Positions 1 to 7,048 of a stretch of DNA of 64,000 nt are shown piece by piece. This stretch comes from Coriobacteriia bacterium (GTDB lineage: Bacteria; Actinomycetota; Coriobacteriia; WRKU01; WQUG01): the NCBI GenBank assembly GCA_009778715.1, contig WRFR01000001.1:3383-67382 (forward strand), in the 5' to 3' direction. Below the pieces are notes generated by a model that worked only from the letters and a program-made list of their open reading frames with translations, was not told the DNA's origin and made no database searches. Numbering within the stretch: the first letter of the stretch is position 1; each line of letters starts with the position of its first letter. A program made the translations under genes and the position numbers.

Positions 1-4
1 TACC

Positions 5-120
5 TGTCACGAAAAGGGGTGAAGCCAATACCAAAAAAGAGGGGTGGCGGAACTTTGTCCACCCTGCAAGAGGCGCGGTCCGGCAAGGCGGCCGAGGAGG
101 AGGGGGGACTTTGGCTCGAT
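5..120 (+). pseudogene. Chimeric remnant of the mgtA 5' end (leader end and first codons fused to codons ~127-150 of mgtA)
   Basis: nt 5-40 closely match the intact mgtA start region at 2629-2667 (tgtcacgaaa[a]ggggtgaagccaat.ccaaa.aaga). nt 48-108 match mgtA 3025-3085 (ggaactttgtccaccctgcaagag.cg.g.tccgg.aaggcggccgag). The frame then diverges (listed ORF 19-210 MKPIPKKRGGGTLSTLQEARSGKAAE...). The ATG equivalent is mutated to ATA. Confidence 0.5.
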
Positions 121-193
121 TTTGCGTTGAGCCGAGGCTTGCTCCCGCTTATAAATATTGACAGAGTCGTACAAGCCAAGGAGGTAAACGAGT

Positions 194-664
194 ATGAGTG
201 GAGTTTGTAGGAAATGCCAACAACCGACTGAGAACGCTTATATCTTTGGTGTGGTGAAAAAGCATATACAGTTTGAACCGAACCTCCCTCATACAACAAC
301 GATCACTCCTGTAGCGCTGGTGAAGATCTTCGCATGCGATAGCTGCGGATTTGGTAAAGCCAGGTCGATGGCAGAGAAGGAATATTTTCGGGCGAAGTCA
401 GGATCAAGCGTCGATTCGAGCGGTACGATCCCGGCAGAAGATATTATCTATCCTGAGAACAGCGGAGATATCGCTACCCAATCTTGGCAGAAAAACTCCC
501 GAGCGCTTTCCGGAAGCTCTCAGTATTATCGTTTGATACCTGAAAGCAGGCTTCGCAACGACAAGTACATCAAGTTCAAAAGGATATGGAATGGAAAAAA
601 GACCGGCTATATCCCTCTCAGAGAGTGGCTTGATAAGGTCGCCCCAACTGCCCCAGACGACTAG
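194..664 (+). CDS. Hypothetical protein with N-terminal CxxC...CxxC zinc-ribbon-like motif (156 aa)
   Basis: ORF preceded by a strong SD (caAGGAGGtaaacgagtATG). Contains CRKC...CDSC. Local GC is clearly below the backbone. No family recognised by eye. Confidence 0.45.
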   Translation: MSGVCRKCQQPTENAYIFGVVKKHIQFEPNLPHTTTITPVALVKIFACDSCGFGKARSMAEKEYFRAKSGSSVDSSGTIPAEDIIYPENSGDIATQSWQKNSRALSGSSQYYRLIPESRLRNDKYIKFKRIWNGKKTGYIPLREWLDKVAPTAPDD

Positions 665-739
665 CTACGGCGCAGGGCGCTGAACCGTATCGTTGCATGC
701 TTGTTTGTAAAAACCATTACAATATGTTATTCTTTTTGT

Positions 740-1783
740 ATGAAAGAGATTGTTACAAATATTGATATGCTTCGTGAAATTGCATTGGATCAGTATGGTT
801 ATGTTACTTTTGCTCAAGCTAGGGATGCCGGTGTTACGCAACCAGCGGTCGCAATGTTAACGCGCCGAGACAGACTGGATAAAGTTGCTCATGGGGTGTA
901 CCGCGTGCCTCAAGTACCGCCCACTCAACATGATCGGTATATGTTGGCGGTGTTATGGACGGGCGCGCCAGAGGCCTGCCTGAGCCACGATACTGCTCTT
1001 GAGGTTTACGAGGTAAGTGATATCAATCCGGCGAATATTCATGTTGCTGTTGCAAAACGGCGTCGCATAAACCGTGCGGGTGGAGAGGGCTATACGCTGC
1101 ATCATGCGGATCTGGCTCCGGAGCAGGTTACTTGGTGGGAGGGCATTCCAACCGTTAGACTGCCACTTGCGATTGCACAATGTATCGATGATGGTGTGCC
1201 TGCGTACCTCATTCGCCAGGCTTTAGAAAGGGCGCCACAAAAAGGTTTATTACTACCCGAAGAACAGATCAGCCTGATCGCACAGTTGGAAGCACGCAGC
1301 GGTAAAGCGGTTGAGGCGAAAAGTGATGTCGGAGGTGGTTGGTATAATAAGAACATGTCTATGGAACTTCAACAGAGAGCCCTTTCCCGTCCAAAGGATT
1401 TTGCTGATGCAGTGCGTCAGCTTGAGGCGGGTATGCCTGACTATGTTGTGATGGGCAATTTTCTGGATGAATTCTATCGTTTGCCACAATCAAAAAAGCA
1501 AGCTTCTCTTGATAAAGAACCGCCGGCATCCTCTGCACTTGAAAAGATGATGGCAGTAAACTATGCGGCTACTGCCGAAAAACTCGCACATGATTTTAAG
1601 CTGCAAGTTCCTGTATGGGTTAATAAGCCACGGTACTTTCTTGCTGAGGGTGAAGCGATATATGGGTATCGCCCGTACAAAGAGACGCGGGCTGACCTCG
1701 CAGAGATCCTTAGAGAAGAAGCGCCCGTCGAGTTCGCCCGGCGTAATCTTTTCGTTTCGGCTAATGCGCTAACAAGGGTCTAA
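740..1783 (+). CDS. AbiEi-like (type IV TA / abortive-infection antitoxin family) protein with ~180-aa extra C-terminal region
   Basis: The N-terminus (…REIALDQYGYVTFAQARDAGVTQPAVAMLTRRDRLDKVAHGVYRV…) matches the AbiEi wHTH pattern. It is followed by an AbiEi C-domain-like stretch (CLSHDTALEVYEV…VAVAKRRR…GIPTVRLPLAIAQCID). The listed ORF starts at TTG 701, and ATG 740 is the more plausible start. The stop overlaps or abuts the next gene (TAAgATG). Confidence 0.6.
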   Translation: MKEIVTNIDMLREIALDQYGYVTFAQARDAGVTQPAVAMLTRRDRLDKVAHGVYRVPQVPPTQHDRYMLAVLWTGAPEACLSHDTALEVYEVSDINPANIHVAVAKRRRINRAGGEGYTLHHADLAPEQVTWWEGIPTVRLPLAIAQCIDDGVPAYLIRQALERAPQKGLLLPEEQISLIAQLEARSGKAVEAKSDVGGGWYNKNMSMELQQRALSRPKDFADAVRQLEAGMPDYVVMGNFLDEFYRLPQSKKQASLDKEPPASSALEKMMAVNYAATAEKLAHDFKLQVPVWVNKPRYFLAEGEAIYGYRPYKETRADLAEILREEAPVEFARRNLFVSANALTRV

Positions 1784-1784
1784 G

Positions 1785-2345
1785 ATGAAAGAGGCATTTA
1801 CTCCGGAAGAGTTTCTTCAGCTTCTGTCGCAACTGTCAGTTTGCTTGGAGCACGAGGGGAAGAAGACCACCATTATCCTCTTTGGCGGCGGAGCGCTTTC
1901 TATGTACTATGGTGCGCGGTCCACGACTCATGATTTGGATGTATTGATTAATGGGGACGATCGCAGCAGCATTATTGAAGCCGTACGAAGAATTGCAGCG
2001 GATAATGACACGGTAGATGACTGGCTCAACGACGATGGCAAGAGTCTCATTACCGACGCGATAGTTGCTGATGCGCAAGATTTCATAACACTACCAGCAA
2101 TCACCATGAAAGTAGCATCCGCTGAAGCTCTGCTGGCCCTTAAGGCGGCAGCGCTCCGCTATCTCCCAGGTTCTCATGACCTGGAAGATGTGCGATTTCT
2201 GATCCAACGCCTGAAGGTTACGGATGTCGAAGAAGTCATCACGTTGGCGGAGAAATACCTGCCCCAAAGGCTTCTGCCGCTTTCTGCTTACAATGAAACA
2301 ATGCTGGATGTTTTGATTGAAGAGATCAACAAAGAGGGCAACTAA
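1785..2345 (+). CDS. Small nucleotidyltransferase, AbiEii/DUF1814-like N-terminal core (186 aa)
   Basis: Pol-beta-type NTase signature LFGGGALSMYYGARSTTHDLDVLI (GG[SG]x...R.T.D[LI]D). It sits immediately downstream of the AbiEi-like gene. It is shorter than canonical AbiEii (~250-300 aa). Confidence 0.55.
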   Translation: MKEAFTPEEFLQLLSQLSVCLEHEGKKTTIILFGGGALSMYYGARSTTHDLDVLINGDDRSSIIEAVRRIAADNDTVDDWLNDDGKSLITDAIVADAQDFITLPAITMKVASAEALLALKAAALRYLPGSHDLEDVRFLIQRLKVTDVEEVITLAEKYLPQRLLPLSAYNETMLDVLIEEINKEGN

Positions 2346-2642
2346 GAGGATAACTGATATTTCTTTTGCTGCTGGTGGGAGATACGTGTTATCGTGGTAA
2401 CGGTTTTTCGGGCGCTGCACTTGTGGCTGCGCTCTTCGCTCTCGACCTGAGGAGGTGACTTGCATGGACGCTGGACCTGCTGCTAAACAGACTGTTCGAT
2501 TGTGCTTGTGCGTAGTGCGCGCGAGTGACGTGTGTCCATGCCGCGCGCTCTAAGGTGAGATCCTTGCACTGAGCTGAAGTTCGTTCCGCTCTCTGCATTC
2601 CTGCGTTTCAAGCACCCCTGTACTTTTCATGTCACGAAAGGG

Positions 2643-5351
2643 GTGAAGCCAATGCCAAAGAAGAAGAATGCCGCGCTTGCCGGGGGCAATGTCAGCGCTG
2701 CTACGCGCGCGGCTCAGGAGCGTCTCATCGGGGGCGCGCAGATGACGACCGATCAGCTTTACGTCAAGTACAACGTAGCTGGTAGGTCCGGCCATGACAA
2801 CGCGGCCGCGGAAAGGGCGCGGGAGCGCTACGGGTCCAACGTGGTCGCGCGGGCCCACCGGTTCTCGCTGCTCAAGCAGCTTTTCAGCTCGTTTATCAAC
2901 CCGTTTACGGTCGTCTTGCTCGCCATCGCGATCGTCTCGTTTGTGACCGACTTCATACTTGCGGCGCCGGGCTCGAAGTCGTTGACGGAAGTCATCATCA
3001 TTGTGGTGTTGGTTACCATCAGCGGAACTTTGTCCACCCTGCAAGAGACGCGATCCGGTAAGGCGGCCGAGGCGCTCTCGGCCATGATCGAGACTACCAT
3101 CGCGGTCATGCGTAATTCAGACTCGGTCGAGCTGCCCATCGACCAGATCGTGGTCGGCGACGTGGTGCTGCTGGCCGCCGGTGACATGATCCCGGCCGAC
3201 ATGCGCGTGCTCCAGGCCAAGGATCTCTTCATCGGGCAGAGCTCGCTGACCGGCGAGTCAGAGCCAGTCGAGAAGTTCTCAGACTCGCTGGAGAAATCCA
3301 GCGCAAACCCGCTCGACGATAACAACCTTGTGTTCATGGGGAGCAACGTGGTTTCTGGTTCGGCCACCTGTATGGTGCTGGCGGTGGGCGGCGATACCTA
3401 CTTTGGCCAGATCGCCAAGACGGTGACGACCACCAAGACCAAGACCGGTTTTGAGGTCGGCGTCAACAAGGTCAGCTGGCTGCTGATCCGCTTCATGCTC
3501 GTGATGGTACCGATCGTGCTGTTTGTCAACGGCTTTACCAAGGGCGACTGGATGCAGGCGGTGCTGTTTGCGCTGTCGGTGGCCGTCGGCCTGACGCCGG
3601 AGATGCTGCCGATGATCGTGAGCGCCAACCTCGCGCGCGGCGCCGTGACGATGTCGCACAAGAAGGTCATCGTCAAGAACCTCGGCTCGATCCAGAACTT
3701 CGGCGGCATGGACTTTCTCTGCACGGACAAGACCGGCACGCTCACGCAGGACAAGATCACGTTGGAGTACTCGCTTGACGTTAACGGCAACCCGGACACG
3801 CGAGTGCTGCGCCACGGATTTTTGAACAGTTACTTCCAGACGGGGCTGCGCAACCTGCTTGACCAGGCGATCATCGATCACGGCCACGACGTCGATATCT
3901 CGCACTTGAAGGAAGAGTATCACAAGGTCGACGAGATCCCGTTTGACTTCCAGCGCCGGCGCATGTCGGTTGTGGTTGAAGACCAGAGTGGCAAGACCCA
4001 GATGATCACGAAGGGCGCTATCGAGGAGATGCTTGACTGTTCGGGCTACGTGGATCAGGGCGGCGGCAAGGTCGAGAAACTGACCGACGCGCTGCGCTCT
4101 CGTGTCATGACCACGGTCGAGAAGTACAACGCGCAGGGCATGCGCGTACTGGGCATCGCGCAGAAGACCAACCCGCGGCCAGCGGGGGAGTTCTCCGTGG
4201 CCGACGAGGCCGACATGGTGCTGATCGGCTATCTGGCGTTCCTGGATCCGCCCAAGGAGAGTTCCAAGGCGGCCATCGCGGCGCTCAGCGAGCACGGCGT
4301 AGGCATCAAGGTGCTGACCGGCGATAACGACGCCGTGACGCGCTCGGTCTGCTCGCAGTTGGGCATCGAGGTGTCGGGGCTGATGCTGGGGTCGCAAGTT
4401 GAGTCGATGAGCGACGACGAACTGAAGGCCGCGGTCGAGGGCGTGTCGGTGTTTGCCAAGCTCTCGCCAGCGCAGAAGCAGCGCATCGTGAGCGCGGTGC
4501 GCGCCAACGGGCACACCGTGGGCTACATGGGCGACGGCATCAACGACGCGTCTGCGATGAAGGCCTCCGACGTGGGAATCTCCGTGGACACGGCCGTTGA
4601 CATCGCCAAGGAATCAGCCAACATTATCCTGATGGAAAAGGACCTCATGGTGCTTGAGCAGGGTGTGGTGGAAGGCCGCAAGGTCTATGCCAACATCATC
4701 AAGTACATCAAGCTGACCTGCTCGTCGAACTTCGGCAACATGTTCTCTGTGCTGGCGGCAAGCATCTTCCTGCCATTTTTACCCTTGCTGCCGCTGCAGA
4801 TCCTTCTGCTGAATATGATCTACAACATCACCTGCACGTCATTCCCGTTTGATAACGTTGACGAGGAATTTCTGGCCAAGCCACGCAACTGGGACGCCTC
4901 GACGATATCTTCGTTCATGGCGTTCTTTGGGCCGACCAGCTCGGTGTTTGACATCACCACGTACTTGGTAGCGTTCTTCTGGCTGGCGCCGCTGGCCATG
5001 GGGGCCGGATATCACGCGCTGGGCGCCACGGGGCAGGCGGGCTTTATCGCGCAGTTCCACTCGATGTGGTTCATCGAGTCGCTGCTGACACAGACGATGG
5101 TGCTGCACACCCTGCGCACCGCGAAGATACCGTTCATCCAGAGCCGCGCGAGCCTGTCGCTGATCCTGTTCTCGATCGGCGGCATCCTGGTGGGCGGCGT
5201 ACTCCCGTATACGCCGCTGGCAGCGACGCTCGGTTTCGCCCGTCCGCCGCTGATCTTCTACGCGGTGCTGCTTGTGACGATCGTCGCGTACCTGATACTG
5301 GTGAGCGTGGTGAAGAAGTTCTACACCAAGCGCTATGGCGAGTTGTACTAG
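2643..5351 (+). CDS. mgtA: Mg2+-importing P-type ATPase MgtA
   Basis: 902 aa with the P-type ATPase motifs CTDKTGTLT (phosphorylation site) and GDGINDA. It has N- and C-terminal TM bundles. The listed start is GTG 2643. ATG 2652 with AAAGGGG upstream is the probable true start. The 5' UTR is about 300 nt. Confidence 0.9.
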   Translation: MKPMPKKKNAALAGGNVSAATRAAQERLIGGAQMTTDQLYVKYNVAGRSGHDNAAAERARERYGSNVVARAHRFSLLKQLFSSFINPFTVVLLAIAIVSFVTDFILAAPGSKSLTEVIIIVVLVTISGTLSTLQETRSGKAAEALSAMIETTIAVMRNSDSVELPIDQIVVGDVVLLAAGDMIPADMRVLQAKDLFIGQSSLTGESEPVEKFSDSLEKSSANPLDDNNLVFMGSNVVSGSATCMVLAVGGDTYFGQIAKTVTTTKTKTGFEVGVNKVSWLLIRFMLVMVPIVLFVNGFTKGDWMQAVLFALSVAVGLTPEMLPMIVSANLARGAVTMSHKKVIVKNLGSIQNFGGMDFLCTDKTGTLTQDKITLEYSLDVNGNPDTRVLRHGFLNSYFQTGLRNLLDQAIIDHGHDVDISHLKEEYHKVDEIPFDFQRRRMSVVVEDQSGKTQMITKGAIEEMLDCSGYVDQGGGKVEKLTDALRSRVMTTVEKYNAQGMRVLGIAQKTNPRPAGEFSVADEADMVLIGYLAFLDPPKESSKAAIAALSEHGVGIKVLTGDNDAVTRSVCSQLGIEVSGLMLGSQVESMSDDELKAAVEGVSVFAKLSPAQKQRIVSAVRANGHTVGYMGDGINDASAMKASDVGISVDTAVDIAKESANIILMEKDLMVLEQGVVEGRKVYANIIKYIKLTCSSNFGNMFSVLAASIFLPFLPLLPLQILLLNMIYNITCTSFPFDNVDEEFLAKPRNWDASTISSFMAFFGPTSSVFDITTYLVAFFWLAPLAMGAGYHALGATGQAGFIAQFHSMWFIESLLTQTMVLHTLRTAKIPFIQSRASLSLILFSIGGILVGGVLPYTPLAATLGFARPPLIFYAVLLVTIVAYLILVSVVKKFYTKRYGELY

Positions 5352-5378
5352 GCTCGGCCTCCTTCCGTCTGAGTTCGT

Positions 5379-5421
5379 TGCTGATGAGCTTACGTAGCGT
5401 TAGTACGCTACGCTCATCAGC
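5379..5421 (+). terminator. Stem-loop downstream of mgtA stop (10 bp + bulge + 6 bp stem), no clear U-tract
   Basis: gctgatgagcttacgtagcg-ttagta-cgctacgctcatcagc inverted repeat, 28 nt after the mgtA TAG. Confidence 0.3.
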
Positions 5422-5461
5422 GCCTGCTCAGACGAAATGATTCCGTCGCCTGATATCTGAT

Positions 5462-5491
5462 AGAATAATACTAGAATAAAGTTATTATTCT
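5462..5491 (+). promoter_or_regulatory. Palindromic operator-like site in AT-rich promoter region upstream of phd/parE
   Basis: AGAATAATA-ctagaataaagt-TATTATTCT inverted repeat. TAGAAT -10-like hexamers. Ends 12 nt before the phd ATG (SD GAGGAG). Confidence 0.4.
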
Positions 5492-5503
5492 GAGGAGATA
5501 AAG

Positions 5504-5773
5504 ATGTTGATCAAATCATCAACCGCTCTGCGCAGCGACTACAATGCTATATCGACTTTGGCGCAAGAGACGCAGGAACCTATCTATATCACCAAGAATG
5601 GCGAAGGTGATCTTGTGGTGATGAGCATAGAGGCGTTTGAGCTACGCGAAGAACTTGTTAAGCTGGAAGCCAGTTTGGAATATGCTGAACGGGCTCGCCA
5701 GCAAGGGGATGAAGGTTTCTCGATAGAGAATTCGCGCGCAAGCCTGGAAGTTATCTATGGAACCCAAGTTTGA
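5504..5773 (+). CDS. Phd/YefM-family type II antitoxin
   Basis: 89 aa. …EPIYITKNGEGDLVVMSIEAFE… is the characteristic Phd/YefM core. It overlaps the downstream toxin gene by 17 nt. Confidence 0.8.
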   Translation: MLIKSSTALRSDYNAISTLAQETQEPIYITKNGEGDLVVMSIEAFELREELVKLEASLEYAERARQQGDEGFSIENSRASLEVIYGTQV

Positions 5774-6086
5774 TCTCCGTATCCTGACATCCGCCCAGTA
5801 TGACCTGGAGAGGATCGCTCTGCTCCACTTCTCATACGTGGGACCAGAATCTGCGCGTAAGATAACGAATGCACTCTATGATGCAATGGAGCATCTGTGT
5901 CGGTTCCCGGATATGGGAGTTGTATTACCCGACAAGTCACTGCAATCTCTGGGTTATCGGGGGCTGATTGTAGGTCATTATCTTTGTGTATATCGCCACA
6001 TCGAGACAACGGTATTCGTTTACCGTGTATTTAATGCCCGCTCTGATTATCCGCAGTTATGGAGAACATTGCCTAAGGGGAAATGA
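5757..6086 (+). CDS. ParE/RelE-family type II toxin
   Basis: 109 aa basic protein with a RelE/ParE-like C-terminus (…GHYLCVYRHIETTVFVYRVFNARSDYPQ). Translationally coupled to phd. Confidence 0.75.
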   Translation: MEPKFDLRILTSAQYDLERIALLHFSYVGPESARKITNALYDAMEHLCRFPDMGVVLPDKSLQSLGYRGLIVGHYLCVYRHIETTVFVYRVFNARSDYPQLWRTLPKGK

Positions 6087-6101
6087 GTAAATGAGTAAAT
6101 T

Positions 6102-6168
6102 CTTTGCAAAGCTTGCTTGACATGGATTGCAAAGCTTACTATACTAAGAATGTAAAGCAGGCTTTGCA
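6102..6168 (+). promoter_or_regulatory. Near-consensus sigma-70-type promoter (TTGACA-17-TATACT) overlapped by three CTTTGCAAAG-type palindromic operator sites
   Basis: Perfect palindrome CTTTGCAAAG at 6102-6111. TTGACA at 6117-6122 and TATACT at 6140-6145. TTGCAAAGC repeated at 6127-6135. AAAGC-AG-GCTTT palindrome at 6155-6166. The site lies directly upstream of the XRE regulator gene. Confidence 0.5.
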
Positions 6169-6197
6169 TAGATAACGAAGGAACATCAATAGATATC

Positions 6198-6428
6198 GTG
6201 ATGAAGACACGGATCCAGGAGCTGCGTAAAGAGCGCAAGCTATCGCAGGAGGAACTGGCGACAGCGGTCGGCGTGACACGCCAGACGATCACGTCTCTTG
6301 AGACGGGGAAGTACACCGCTTCGCTCGTACTGGCTGCTAAGATCGCTCGCTATTTTGACCTGACGATCGAAGAGGTGTTTCTGATCGATACTGACGATAT
6401 GCCCGGAGCAGAGGCGGGCAGGAAATAG
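6198..6428 (+). CDS. XRE-family helix-turn-helix transcriptional regulator (76 aa)
   Basis: …LRKERKLSQEELATAVGVTRQTITSLETGKYTASLVLAAKIARYFDLTIEEVF is the canonical Cro/C1-type HTH_3. Confidence 0.8.
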   Translation: MMKTRIQELRKERKLSQEELATAVGVTRQTITSLETGKYTASLVLAAKIARYFDLTIEEVFLIDTDDMPGAEAGRK

Positions 6429-6440
6429 GGAGAGAACATC

Positions 6441-6950
6441 ATGGGAATGGCAGAGGGAGTACTTGCTTCCAGCACATTGAAATACAAACATCAAGTGAAA
6501 ATGCGCCTGGCTCTTATGATCGCCATGTTTATCTGGGGTGCGCTTGCGATCGTTATCTCATTCGTTGGTTCTAATGCAAAGACGGTCGCCTCACTGCAAG
6601 ATGCAGGAATTTCTGTTCATGTGCTCAGCGAGTCCATGCAAGGTTTCTATCGTGGATTCGGCGTCGGTTTTATGGGTGCTGCTGCGGTTTTTGTGATCAT
6701 TAACCTGTACTTGCTGATTAATAAAAAGGCGCAAGCGAATCGTCGTGTGCGTGATCTGGACGAACGCAATGTAGCGATCCAGCAACGGGCTACGTCGCTT
6801 ACTGCCGCGATCACGATCATTCTCGCTGCATTTGCCATAATAGTCGCTGGCGTATTTAACACTGCGGTAATGTTTACGTTGATCGCTGTAAACCTGATAA
6901 TGGGTGCAATCTATGGGTGTGCGTGGTTGATCTTGAGATCGCGCTCCTGA
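6441..6950 (+). CDS. Small 4-TM membrane protein (DUF2975/YoaS-like partner of XRE regulator)
   Basis: 169 aa with four hydrophobic helices. It is adjacent and co-oriented with the XRE gene, in the yozG/yoaS-type arrangement. Confidence 0.55.
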   Translation: MGMAEGVLASSTLKYKHQVKMRLALMIAMFIWGALAIVISFVGSNAKTVASLQDAGISVHVLSESMQGFYRGFGVGFMGAAAVFVIINLYLLINKKAQANRRVRDLDERNVAIQQRATSLTAAITIILAAFAIIVAGVFNTAVMFTLIAVNLIMGAIYGCAWLILRSRS

Positions 6951-6954
6951 TCAG

Positions 6955-6987
6955 GTGACAAAACTACCCCAGGGGTAACTCTGTCAG
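6955..6987. repeat. GTGACAAA…TGTCAG palindromic intergenic repeat, copy 1 (imperfect)
   Basis: aggtgacaaaactaccccaggggtaactctgtcag. It shares the aggtgacaaa…ccccagggg core with copy 2. Confidence 0.5.
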
Positions 6988-7048
6988 CGGATGACAAGAC
7001 GGCAGCAATGAGAGCGGGCGCAGGCCCGCTCTCGCTATACTGAAACGC

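Noticed and set aside
2346-2642. Canonical M-box (ykoK) Mg2+ riboswitch upstream of mgtA
   Set aside because: The conserved M-box cores (UUAGGUGAGGCUCCUGUAUGGAGAUACGCUGC; GACGCUAAUGGG) could not be matched. Only short fragments (GGGAGAUACG, UAAGGUGAG) are present. Left as an uncharacterised leader (see finding).
3279-4514. 411-aa ORF on the minus strand (and similar long antisense ORFs at 24972-25928, 50056-51027, 55324-56250, 57018-58055, 21844-22590, 26821-27525)
   Set aside because: They lie entirely antisense to strongly conserved genes (mgtA, smc/ftsY, rpsB/tsf, dxr/rseP, ispG, ffh). The translations are Arg/Ala/Pro-rich low-complexity sequences typical of stop-poor reverse frames in high-GC DNA. 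No SD sequences or family resemblance.
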